This document shows, in pieces, positions 1 through 8,510 of a stretch of 64,000 nucleotides of DNA (position 1 is its first letter; every line of letters starts with the position of its first letter). The notes beneath the pieces are model-generated. The model had not been told where the DNA came from, searched no databases, and was given only the letters and a program-made list of their open reading frames with translations. The translations under genes were made by a program, and so were the position numbers. The DNA comes from Candidatus Borrarchaeum weybense (GTDB lineage: Archaea > Asgardarchaeota > Sifarchaeia > Borrarchaeales > Borrarchaeaceae): positions 916,727-980,726 of the forward strand of contig JAHQJS010000004.1 of NCBI GenBank assembly GCA_019057385.1, read 5' to 3'.

Positions 1-741
1 GGTGATGGCGATGCCATGATTAAACTCGTAGATCTCATTACTTTCCGGAAAAATGAAATGGGCAAGCTATTAGGTGAGGGCGTTAAAGTAGCAGGTGATA
101 AATTGGGTTGTCCAGAACTCGCAGTACAAGTCAACAATGCTGTAATCCCTGCACATGACCCAAGAGCATTCTTCTCAATGGCAGTCACATATGCATGCGG
201 TTCACGTGGCCCTTGTCATGTTACTGGTTTCTCTGAAGCTGCTGAACTAGGTGTACCCTTACCAGAATACGAGCTAACAGATGTTCCACTTGACCGTTTC
301 TCAGACAAGCAAAAAGGTCTTGCCGCGTTAGCGTGGATGGACTTCTCAATGTTCGATGACGCTCTAATAGTGTGTCTCTTCTATGATTTCTCAGGATATA
401 CAACTCAAACTAAGGTCGATCTCCTTAAAGCTGTAACTGGTTGGGACGACTATAACACCACAGAGGCGTTAGTTGATCTTGGCGGTAGACTAAATCAGTT
501 GATGAGGATGTTTAATCTTAAACAAGGTCTTATTCCAGAGAAAAATGACGTTCTTCCACCAAGAATGTTCGAACCTCTTGGTGAAGGTGGTGCAGCAGGA
601 GCAGACCTCAGACCAGTGTTTGAAAAAATGAGGACAGAGTACTATAGTGAACGTGGATGGAATGCGAAAGGTATACCAACTCCAGAAACTCTGAAACGAT
701 TTGGATTAGATTTTGCAGTAGCCGATATCGACAATTATTAG
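1..741 (+). CDS. aor: Tungsten-containing aldehyde:ferredoxin oxidoreductase, C-terminal part (5'-truncated by window edge)
   Basis: AOR C-terminal motifs HDPRAF, GSRGPCH, ALIVCLF, YYSERGW..GIPT; frame open from base 1. Confidence 0.9.
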   Translation, partial: GDGDAMIKLVDLITFRKNEMGKLLGEGVKVAGDKLGCPELAVQVNNAVIPAHDPRAFFSMAVTYACGSRGPCHVTGFSEAAELGVPLPEYELTDVPLDRFSDKQKGLAALAWMDFSMFDDALIVCLFYDFSGYTTQTKVDLLKAVTGWDDYNTTEALVDLGGRLNQLMRMFNLKQGLIPEKNDVLPPRMFEPLGEGGAAGADLRPVFEKMRTEYYSERGWNAKGIPTPETLKRFGLDFAVADIDNY

Positions 742-801
742 TAAACAAGGCGTAAAGCCTTCCCTTTTTTCTTTAATTTTCTAAAGGAACGGTGTTCTAC
801 T

Positions 802-969
802 ATGGCAAAGATAACTGTCAAGGAATGGAAAGAAAAATATGGTTATACCTCAAGAAACTACCTGATGGATCTAAAGAATAAGACCGTTCTTAGAGATAAT
901 GACATGATAAATGAAGATATAGAAGAAGGTGTGGACGTAAAAGTCTTTAAAATCTACCCAGGTGGCTAA
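802..969 (+). CDS. 55-aa MoaD/ThiS/ubiquitin-like sulfur carrier ending in Gly-Gly (absent from ORF track)
   Basis: ATG at 802, translation MAKITVKEWKEKYGYTSRNYLMDLKNKTVLRDNDMINEDIEEGVDVKVFKIYPGG*; directly downstream of aor. Confidence 0.7.
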   Translation: MAKITVKEWKEKYGYTSRNYLMDLKNKTVLRDNDMINEDIEEGVDVKVFKIYPGG

Positions 970-989
970 TTTTCTTACATCATTTTTAT

Positions 990-1082
990 CTGATATCAGC
1001 GAGAAGACCCCTTCCGACAGGGAGGGGTAGTTGAATTCAACTTATTTGGCGGGACACCCTTTCTAAAGGCGGGGTAGTTCAC
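990..1082 (+). mobile_element. Miniature non-autonomous IS200/IS605 element (PATE-like)
   Basis: TTTAT at 985-989, then hairpin CCCCTTCC-GACA-GGGAGGGG and a second hairpin ending GGGGTAGTTCAC, the same end style as the TnpB IS at 52357-53732. Confidence 0.75.
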
Positions 1083-1120
1083 AAAAATGGCTTATAGAGT
1101 CAATAAATTGACTAAATTGG

Positions 1121-2146
1121 TTATAATCCAATCCCATCAATTTTTGAATTACATTTATAACATAGATTGTTTTTAATCTCATTTTTTGTATAGTAAAACC
1201 CCCGTCTTTGAATGAGTAGTTCGCCACAATTATAACAGTACGTATTCTCCCCCCGTCCAACATTTCCCATGTACACATATTTTAAACCTGCCTCTTGTCC
1301 AATCTTTTGTGCCCTTTCTAATGTACTTACTGGAGTTGGCGGTTTGTCAGTGAGTTTATATGTTGGACGAAAAGCCGAGACGTGCCAAGGTGTTTCTTCC
1401 CCGACTTCATCACGAATAAATACTGCAATTTGTCTTAATTCATCATCTGAGTCATTCAAATCTGGAATTATTAAGGTAGTTATTTCAACCCATATGCCAA
1501 GCTCTTTATGAAGTCTAATTGAGTCCAATACGGGCTGTAGTTTTGCCCCACAAATTTCTTTATAAAAAAGGTCGGTCATCGCTTTTAGATCAATATTTGC
1601 GGCGTCTAAATATGGAGCAATCTCATGCAACGCTTCTTTTGAAATATATCCGTTTGTTACGAAGATATTTTTGATTCCTTCTTTCGTAGCTAACTTTGCA
1701 ATGTCATAGGCGTATTCAAAAAATATTGTCGGTTCAGTGTAGGTATATGCAATACTTTTACATTTATTTCGTTTTGCATCAGCAACAACTTTCTCTGGAG
1801 GAATATCCATCCCTGTGATACGCTTCTTATCTTTTGGCATTTGAGAAATATCATAATTTTGACAGTGTTTGCATCTAAAATTACATCCTGGAGTAGCGAT
1901 CGAATAAGCAGTGGAGCCGGGATAAAAATGGAATAATGGCTTCTTTTCAATCGGATCCACAGCACGAGAAACAAGTTGCCCATATACCAAAGTATAAAGT
2001 GTCCCTTGGTTATTTTCTCTAACCGTGCATATTCCTCGTTTAGCATCTTTAATCATACAGTAATGATTACAAAGAGTACAACGTACTGTTGAATTATCCA
2101 ATTTTTCGTACATCATAGCTTCTTTCATTTTTTCCGCCAATTTCAA
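1121..2146 (-). CDS. amrS: AmmeMemoRadiSam system radical SAM enzyme
   Basis: N-terminal CTLCNHYC, DPIEKKPLFHF, CNFRCKHCQN, YTYTEPT, C-terminal CYNC/CYKC. Confidence 0.9.
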   Translation of the reverse strand: MKLAEKMKEAMMYEKLDNSTVRCTLCNHYCMIKDAKRGICTVRENNQGTLYTLVYGQLVSRAVDPIEKKPLFHFYPGSTAYSIATPGCNFRCKHCQNYDISQMPKDKKRITGMDIPPEKVVADAKRNKCKSIAYTYTEPTIFFEYAYDIAKLATKEGIKNIFVTNGYISKEALHEIAPYLDAANIDLKAMTDLFYKEICGAKLQPVLDSIRLHKELGIWVEITTLIIPDLNDSDDELRQIAVFIRDEVGEETPWHVSAFRPTYKLTDKPPTPVSTLERAQKIGQEAGLKYVYMGNVGRGENTYCYNCGELLIQRRGFYYTKNEIKNNLCYKCNSKIDGIGL

Positions 2147-2218
2147 ACTTAACTTGATTTAATACTATATTACCATTAGATTTATAACTCAACTGGCAAG
2201 AAGACTCCTCCATGCTTT

Positions 2219-3034
2219 GTGCAGTATAGTTCAGCTGAATATATGTGCACAAATGAGGTGAATAAAATCTTGGATACACAGCTTGTGGACACTCATGCTC
2301 ATTTACAAAATGCTCGTTATAATAATGATCTTGAATCAGTAATTTTTAGAATACAACAAGCTAATATGAAGGTCATTGTTATTGGCTGGGATTTAGAGTC
2401 TAGTCAGAGAGCAATAGAACTAGCCTCTCAATATGAGTTTATTTATGCAACGGTGGGCCTCTCTCATTATAGTGCTAACGAGATGAATGATGATTTATTG
2501 AATAATCTTTCTCAATTGGCACAAAAAGAAGGAGTAGTAGCTATAGGTGAAACTGGACTCGATTATTATCGCATGGCAGCATCGATTACTTCTCAACAAC
2601 GTCTTTTTCGTGCACAAATTCAATTGGCATTATCATTATCATTGCCATTAGTTATTCATGATCGAGATGCCCATAAAGATATAGTAAATATCTTGAAGGA
2701 GGAAGAAGCCCACGAAGGAGTAATTCACTGTTTTAGTGGAGACGAAGATATGCTTAAGGATGTACTTGATATTGATTTTTATATCTCTCTATCTGGCATA
2801 ATCACCTTTTCCAAACCTCTTGCTCAACTTATAAAACAAATACCACTTGATCGGCTTCTTGTTGAGACAGATAGTCCTTATCTAGCACCAGTACCCAAGC
2901 GTGGCAAAAGAAATGAACCTAGTTATCTTAAGTATATTGTTCAAAAGATTTCAGAGATTTTAGACTTGACGTATGAAGAAGTTGTTCAAATAAATGAAAC
3001 GAACGCTAACAATCTATTCAAGCTTAAAGACTAA
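2219..3034 (+). CDS. tatD: TatD family hydrolase/DNase (true start probably slightly downstream)
   Basis: DTHAH, GETGLDY, IHDRDA, HCFSG, ETDSPYLAP motifs. Confidence 0.92.
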   Translation: MQYSSAEYMCTNEVNKILDTQLVDTHAHLQNARYNNDLESVIFRIQQANMKVIVIGWDLESSQRAIELASQYEFIYATVGLSHYSANEMNDDLLNNLSQLAQKEGVVAIGETGLDYYRMAASITSQQRLFRAQIQLALSLSLPLVIHDRDAHKDIVNILKEEEAHEGVIHCFSGDEDMLKDVLDIDFYISLSGIITFSKPLAQLIKQIPLDRLLVETDSPYLAPVPKRGKRNEPSYLKYIVQKISEILDLTYEEVVQINETNANNLFKLKD

Positions 3035-3076
3035 TACACTATTGTTTATGGTATAAAAGAAACCTATAGAAATTTT

Positions 3077-3799
3077 TTAGTCAACCAGGCGGAAATAAAC
3101 TCTACGATTATTTTTTCCTTTATTTTTTGCTTCGATGAATTCTATTTGACCAACTTCTTTTAGATTGCGTACATGTGTGCCGCCATCCGCTTGTTTATCG
3201 ATACCTTCGATTTCAACTATTCGCAACTTAGGAAGGTCTGGTGGAAAGGCACCCGCCATTCTTGAGACAGTTGGAATTTTAATTGCCTCATCATAGTCTA
3301 ATTCGTACCATTTCACTGCGATATCTTGTTCGAAAAGTGCATTAGCTTTCTCTATGTAAGTTAGAAAAACTTCCTTTGAGAATTCTTTAAGATTGAAATC
3401 GAATCTTGTTTTTTCTAGACTAATTTGGTTGCCTGTAATGAGTGTTCCAGTGTCTTCACAGAGAATTGCAGCTAACGTGTGTGCTGCTGTATGGCTTCTC
3501 ATGAATTTATAGCGTCTATCCCAATCGATTTGACATTTTATTTTATCCCCAGGTTGTAATCCTGGCTCACCTACTTCATGAGAAATTTCACCTGAGAATT
3601 TGCCTACATAAACTACTGGAAATACTTCTTCATCTCGAATCATTTTACCTGTGTCATGTGGTTGTCCACCGCCCTTTGGATAAAAGATTGTTTGGTCAAG
3701 AACAACATATTTATCTTCTTTGACACTTACAACGGTGGTCTCACATTCTTGAAGGTAACTGTCCTCTAAATATAATATTTGGGTCACGTTATTCACCAA
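3077..3799 (-). CDS. alaX: Free-standing alanyl-tRNA editing protein (AlaX-M type)
   Basis: LDQTIFYPKGGGQPHD, HTAAH, QADGGTHV, KGKNNRR motifs. Confidence 0.92.
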   Translation of the reverse strand: MVNNVTQILYLEDSYLQECETTVVSVKEDKYVVLDQTIFYPKGGGQPHDTGKMIRDEEVFPVVYVGKFSGEISHEVGEPGLQPGDKIKCQIDWDRRYKFMRSHTAAHTLAAILCEDTGTLITGNQISLEKTRFDFNLKEFSKEVFLTYIEKANALFEQDIAVKWYELDYDEAIKIPTVSRMAGAFPPDLPKLRIVEIEGIDKQADGGTHVRNLKEVGQIEFIEAKNKGKNNRRVYFRLVD

Positions 3800-4665
3800 T
3801 TTGGATTATCTATGTCACTTTATTTAACCTGCATGCAGTGTATTACTAAACTTTTGCGAGATCTTCTCTTGATCAACTGAATTTTATAATTTTGACATTA
3901 TAAATTAACTATTATTAACATGGTCAGCGATAATTAATATTTGATATTCTGGCACAACAGGTTCATTTATTCCAAGATATATAGTTTCAATTATATCAAA
4001 TCCATGTGATTTCAGAATTTTTCCCCATTCTTTTATCCTAAGAAAATTAAGAGGTACATTGATATCTTCGTCTCCAATGACTCGATTGTAAAACCAATCA
4101 AAAAAGCTATTAGTCACCCTTATATCATCTTCCTCAATATAGCCTTCTATAATTACTAAGCGTTTTTTGGTTATTCTTGTTGCTTCCTTCAATAGATGTT
4201 CGGGGTCACTCGCATGATGCAATACAGTATATAAAATGGTAGTACCTACTTCCTCATCTGCTAACGGAATCTTTTCCTCTGGATTATATAAGATCAATGG
4301 TAGGTCTGTATAATTATAATCTACAATATCAACCAGCACGACTTCTTTCTTAAGTTGTTTTTTTATTTCTAACGATAAAAGCCCATCTCCTGCACCAAGA
4401 TCAAGTATTTTCTCTCCTACGATGTAGTCTGCTACTAATTCAAAACTCCTTTTAGCGCGTTTGAATGCATAAGCCTTTCGATCTTTTTCCTTATCGACAT
4501 GTTTTCTGATAAATTTTCGCAGTGTTTCTTCAACTTTAATAAGAGGTATTCCTTTTTTCATGCCTTTAGTTATGGTTCTATTTACATAGAACCAAAAAAT
4601 ATGTCTTTTAAAAAAATTTAAATTGGCATTTTTCATGGTAGATAAAAATAATGACCGGATTTCAT

Positions 4666-5042
4666 TGGATTGCCTCAAGGAGACTCCCGCCCTAAAGAGT
4701 GGAGAGGAATTAAGGTCGGGTTTTGCTCACACAACCCTTTCTGCGAGCACAGGGGTTGGTGTACCCGACCTTGGGCGGTGTTTTAATGATGGGTACTCTC
4801 AAGTCCCATCCCTCCCAACACCAAGGGAGTCGGTCCACTTCGAGGTTGTTGTAAAGGCTTACCCGTCCGTAGCACCGTTCCTACCCCTCAGAACTTTTAA
4901 CCAGCGGACGACAGAGCAAGGGGCTAGTGGAGCACCCCAGGGTGTCATAACCTCAACAACTGCTGCATCTCTCTCGTAAGGAGAGACGCCCTCTAATCAA
5001 CTAATACCCTTCGGGTATACCCTTTAGGGTGGGGTAGTTGAC
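4666..5042 (+). mobile_element. 377-bp non-autonomous IS200/IS605 element of IscB type (omegaRNA only, no ORF)
   Basis: TTCAT target 4661-4665; left-end hairpin CCTCAAGGAGACTCCCGCCCTAAAGAGTGGAGAGGAATT; right end GGGTGGGGTAGTTGAC; GC-rich relative to flanks; clean in-frame empty site. Confidence 0.85.
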
Positions 5043-5062
5043 TCCAATAGTGCTTGTCTTTT
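4787..5062 (-). ncRNA. IscB-type omegaRNA (HEARO-like) with predicted 5' guide from the flank 5062-5043
   Basis: Minus strand begins GTCAACTACCCCACCCTAAAGGG...AGTTGATTAGAGGGC...GACACCCTGGGGTGCTCCACTAGCCCCTTGCTCTGTC...GTTCTGAGGGTAGGAACGGTG...AACAACCTCGAAG, matching the recalled HEARO/omegaRNA layout. Confidence 0.8.
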
Positions 5063-5133
5063 TTATTTTTCTTAGAAAATATTGGATATATGAGACGTTC
5101 CACAACAGTTATATCGTTTTGATTAGCAGGCTT

Positions 5134-5290
5134 GTAAACTACCTCACGCGAAAGCAGTGAGGCTTGTAGCTGTGCGTGATCTCAGCCCTCTAACTATACG
5201 AGCTAGAGTTTAAACGTTATCGCACGCTACCACATGGGCGTGTTTACCGCAGCCAGCCCAATAATCCGCATATAGCATCGGGCTGTATTT
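5134..5290 (-). mobile_element. Right-end remnant of a TnpB-type IS200/IS605 element carrying the omegaRNA (reRNA) scaffold
   Basis: Minus strand GGGCTGGCTGCGGTAAACACGCCCATGTGGTAGCGTGCGAT...CGCACAGCTACAAGCCTCACTGCTTTCGCGTGAGGTAGTTTAC; residual YADY..VVACDNV resembles a TnpB C-terminal tail. Confidence 0.7.
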
Positions 5291-5440
5291 CTTGCACAAC
5301 TTACACGAGACTATTACTATGGTCGTTACACTATTTATAGATGGAGAGACTTTGGTATAAGTAAAAGTAAACATCCTCAAGGATTGGGCTTCCCTGAGAG
5401 GGAACTGTGAAATTTTATTATTTCTTCTTGAACCATTTAT

Positions 5441-5498
5441 AACAACCTCAAAGAAGCTCCTGCCCTTAAGGTAGGGAGGCATTGAGGGAGGGTTTCAC
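5441..5498 (+). mobile_element. Miniature IS200/IS605 derivative (single hairpin)
   Basis: TTTAT|AACAACCTCAAAGAAGCTCCTGCCCTTAAGGTAGGGAG...GGTTTCAC. Confidence 0.6.
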
Positions 5499-5578
5499 TT
5501 TTACTAGGGTCTCTCCACCTTTAAATTCCTTTTTTCTATTAAATCAAAAATCGATGAATTAAAAGAAGGTGTGATAGG

Positions 5579-5806
5579 ATGGTTAAAAGAAATGAAAATA
5601 ACGATTGTGAACGTTGCCTCATATACCCTGTAAAAATTAATGCTATTTCTCGTGAAGAAAATATAGTTATTATTGAAGTTGATTCGCTAGAAGAACTGAC
5701 AATGATTGCAGAAGGATTTAAAAAGCCACTTCTTCATGATGAAACTCATCATCTCGTTATATTTGACAAAGAAATTCATTATAGAACTAAAAATGTTGAT
5801 TTGTGA
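5579..5806 (+). CDS. Small hypothetical protein (75 aa)
   Basis: RBS-like AAGGTGTGA upstream; typical composition; CERC near N-terminus. Confidence 0.6.
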   Translation: MVKRNENNDCERCLIYPVKINAISREENIVIIEVDSLEELTMIAEGFKKPLLHDETHHLVIFDKEIHYRTKNVDL

Positions 5807-5840
5807 AAGAAAGCCTATCAAGTTTTCAATGACATTTAAA

Positions 5841-5972
5841 TTATTCTTCTTTCTTGGATTCGCAGGCTTTTACTAGGCGAGCATATTCAGCGGCGTTTAA
5901 TTCTTTTCTCGCCATTTTAAGGCATTCTTTAATCATATCTTCTTTCTCATCTTCATGAGATTTTTTCGCCAT
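5841..5972 (-). CDS. Small hypothetical protein (43 aa, absent from ORF track)
   Basis: GAGGA RBS, ATG at 5972, MAKKSHEDEKEDMIKECLKMARKELNAAEYARLVKACESKKEE*. Confidence 0.5.
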   Translation of the reverse strand: MAKKSHEDEKEDMIKECLKMARKELNAAEYARLVKACESKKEE

Positions 5973-6120
5973 AACTAATCCTCAATTCATAAAAGATATT
6001 TTATTTCAAAAGATTTTCGCTTGAGGTGAATAGTAAAGGTCTTTAAATGATCAAAAATCGGTGAAAGATGAACTTATCCTATTAAATTTTGAAAAGAGAT
6101 TCCTTAATGACCAGGAATAG

Positions 6121-6516
6121 TCATTCCACATGATAGACCATACCCTGACATGATGCAATCAGTTTATCATTCTCTTGATTCTTAACATTAACTTGATAAA
6201 CTGCAATTCTTTTGCCAAAATGTATTTGTTTTGCTTCTGCTTCGAGCAAATCCCCTAGTTTGGAAGGTCTATGATAATTTATATTCATCTGGATTGCTAC
6301 TGCAGTTATTCCTTGAGAATTGGAAGCTAGTGCGAAGGCTTGGTCTGCTAAAGAAAAAATTGCACCTCCATGGGCAACTCCATGAAAATTCAAATGATTT
6401 TCAGCTATCTGCATTTGAATTTTTGCATATCCTTCCGCAAGTTGATTAATTTGAACATCTAAAAATTTTGAAAACGGATCAAAACGTTTTCTTAAATTGT
6501 CAATATGATCTGACAC
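6121..6516 (-). CDS. paaI: PaaI family hotdog-fold thioesterase
   Basis: HLNFHGVAHGGAIFSLADQAFALASNS signature. Confidence 0.9.
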   Translation of the reverse strand: MSDHIDNLRKRFDPFSKFLDVQINQLAEGYAKIQMQIAENHLNFHGVAHGGAIFSLADQAFALASNSQGITAVAIQMNINYHRPSKLGDLLEAEAKQIHFGKRIAVYQVNVKNQENDKLIASCQGMVYHVE

Positions 6517-6610
6517 AAAACCACCCTTTCAATCATATGAATTATTCATATCTTTGAAAACACATTTCTGGTTTCTTTAGGAAACATAAGAGGTTCTCTT
6601 ATATCTATAG

Positions 6611-6658
6611 GTGAGAACTACCCCCCAACAAGTTGGGGTGTCTTCTTGCGAAGAAATG
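6611..6658 (-). mobile_element. 48-bp PATE: left-end hairpin of the resident TnpB IS fused to a right-end terminus
   Basis: Minus strand TTTAT|CATTTCTTCGCAAGAAGACACCCCAACTTGTTGGGGGGTAGTTCTCAC versus CCGCAAGAAGACCCCCCAACTTGTTGGGGGG in the left end at ~52363-52394. Confidence 0.8.
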
Positions 6659-6744
6659 ATAAAACAATTAAAAGGGAAAAAGGAAGCCTGTTTAAAAAAA
6701 TCAGGCAACATTAATTTTTGAAATAATTCACGGCTTGTTATATA

Positions 6745-7269
6745 TTAATATCTTCGTCGTCGGTTATATCCGCCGCCGCCGCCGCCACCGCTGTAGCCAC
6801 CGCCACCACGGTTATATCCGCCGCCACTACGTGGTCGACCGCCGCCGCGTCTAAATCTAGGAGGTTGCTCAAAAAACCTATCTGAGAGGTTATTATCTGT
6901 ATTTGCTGTGATATCCTCTTCTGTCTCTTCAATAGAACCATATCTACCGATATTAAGCCGTAAACTGTTTTTGAACACATTACAGTAACCATTTGAAATC
7001 TTGAGTGCGCTATCAACGCTTACTCGGTCAATATCATCGTTCCAAAGTGTTAAGAAAATGACTCCTGTGTCGTCACCGACTAAAGCTTCAGTTACTCTAT
7101 TGACTGATCCATCTTTTCTACTTGTTACTTCTCGTGCTTCGTTCAATTCAACAACTTTTACTTTGACGTTGACCTTGCGACTTCGCGGGCCAAGGTCTGA
7201 AACAGACATCATAATTTCTTCTGATTCTTCTGTTTCTTCTCGTTCTTCATCCATGGACATTTTATTCAC
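6745..7269 (-). CDS. ssb: Single-OB-fold ssDNA-binding protein (crenarchaeal SSB/hSSB1 type) with Gly/Arg-rich tail
   Basis: VGDDTG.I.LTLWND, ISNGY..VFKNSLRLNIGRYGSI, NNLS; RGG/YGGG tail. Confidence 0.88.
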   Translation of the reverse strand: MNKMSMDEEREETEESEEIMMSVSDLGPRSRKVNVKVKVVELNEAREVTSRKDGSVNRVTEALVGDDTGVIFLTLWNDDIDRVSVDSALKISNGYCNVFKNSLRLNIGRYGSIEETEEDITANTDNNLSDRFFEQPPRFRRGGGRPRSGGGYNRGGGGYSGGGGGGGYNRRRRY

Positions 7270-7511
7270 CTAAACTATTAAAACTTACAAAAAAAGACAA
7301 ACTTACTTAAAACTCACCAACTAGTCCTGTAAATTCCTTTTTCTGTATTCTTTTCATGGCATCGAATTTTTTCTTTTGCAAAAAAAAGAGTTTCCGATGT
7401 ACATGGTTTTGTAAAATGGCAAGCCTGAGGCTTTTAAGTTTTTCTATTATGAACATAATCTATTTAGACATTTGAAGAATTGTTTTACTTCAATATTTTT
7501 GAACTCTTAAT

Positions 7512-8369
7512 TCAGTGCTCAGTGGAATGATGTTCCCATATCAAATCAAAGAAAAGTTTTAATGCTTGTACCAGATTCGTATTTTCCGAAATAGCAGCCT
7601 CACGCATCCAAAGTGGAATTCCTATTTCTTCTGCGAGAAAGATTGCAGTACCTTCTTTGCTTGGATCGATTAACGCTCCTCTCAGGGGAACCGAATAGGC
7701 GAATCTGATAGTAATTTTATCCTCAAAACTTGAGGAGAGAAGTGTTATTATGCTTTGTTGGATTGCTTGAGATTCATTACTCAGTTTGTTCGGATCTAAT
7801 AGTAAGATTTTTACTTGAACTCCTTTTTCTATCTTTTTTGCTAAATCATCTATAATCTTAGGTAGATATTCTAGCACTTTCGAGATAATATAGATTTCTT
7901 TTTTTGCCCTTCTAATAGCAGAAATAGTTTCTGTTTCTGATGCCAACCCGATTTTGACTATTCGCAACAGTTTCTGTCGTTTTTCAACTAATCCCTTTTC
8001 ATAAATGGGTGTCAAAGTTTTTGTAAATTCTTTTGCTGTCTTTCTCAGTTCTCTCATGTCTTTATCAAATGTTTTCTGCTTGTATTCAAGCAGATTATCC
8101 ATTATTCGCTTAGGTGACAATGCAGTATAGGCGACAGGACGACCTGTTCGTTCTTGGATGATACCCTTAGTAGCAAGTTCATTAAGAGTTTCATAGATTT
8201 TTGTGCTTGGAATTCCAGTAATCTCTTTCATTTGTTTAGCTGTCCCCTCCCCGAGCGGAAGAAGATAACTTAGAAGTATTGCCTGATATTCTGTGAATCC
8301 CAGACTTAATAACCATTTCTTAGCTTTCTCTGTTTCCTCTTCATATTCTTCAAGAGACATCAAAGACAC
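7512..8369 (-). CDS. TrmB family transcriptional regulator
   Basis: LGFTEYQA, TGIPSTKIYETLNELATKG, RPVAY N-terminal wHTH; PLD-like effector domain. Confidence 0.9.
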   Translation of the reverse strand: MSLMSLEEYEEETEKAKKWLLSLGFTEYQAILLSYLLPLGEGTAKQMKEITGIPSTKIYETLNELATKGIIQERTGRPVAYTALSPKRIMDNLLEYKQKTFDKDMRELRKTAKEFTKTLTPIYEKGLVEKRQKLLRIVKIGLASETETISAIRRAKKEIYIISKVLEYLPKIIDDLAKKIEKGVQVKILLLDPNKLSNESQAIQQSIITLLSSSFEDKITIRFAYSVPLRGALIDPSKEGTAIFLAEEIGIPLWMREAAISENTNLVQALKLFFDLIWEHHSTEH

Positions 8370-8510
8370 CTAAAAATTCATAGTTAGAAAATTAATGCCA
8401 TTTTATGCCTTATTTACTTTATTATAGAGTAACTTTTATATTCCAATTGGACTTTAAGAAAAAGTAATAATTTTGCTTATTAGAAAATTAGGCAATTTTA
8501 AGGTGATTTC

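Larger units (their letters stand above)
3905..5133 (-). pseudogene. Class I SAM-dependent methyltransferase with its 5' end interrupted by the omegaRNA element; the 3' part (ATG 4636-3905) retains the catalytic domain
   Basis: ILDLGAGDG, VLHH motifs; removing 4666-5042 fuses KPANQNDITVVERLIYPIFSKKNKKDKHYW to NEIRSLFLSTM in frame. Confidence 0.75.

Noticed and set aside
4623-4979. 118-aa plus-strand ORF
   Set aside because: Antisense read-through of the GC-rich omegaRNA element; no protein motifs
5210-5482. 90-aa minus-strand ORF
   Set aside because: Runs across several IS-end relics; only the last residues resemble a TnpB tail
6770-6850. (CCG)n microsatellite-like tract
   Set aside because: Encodes the poly-Gly tail of SSB
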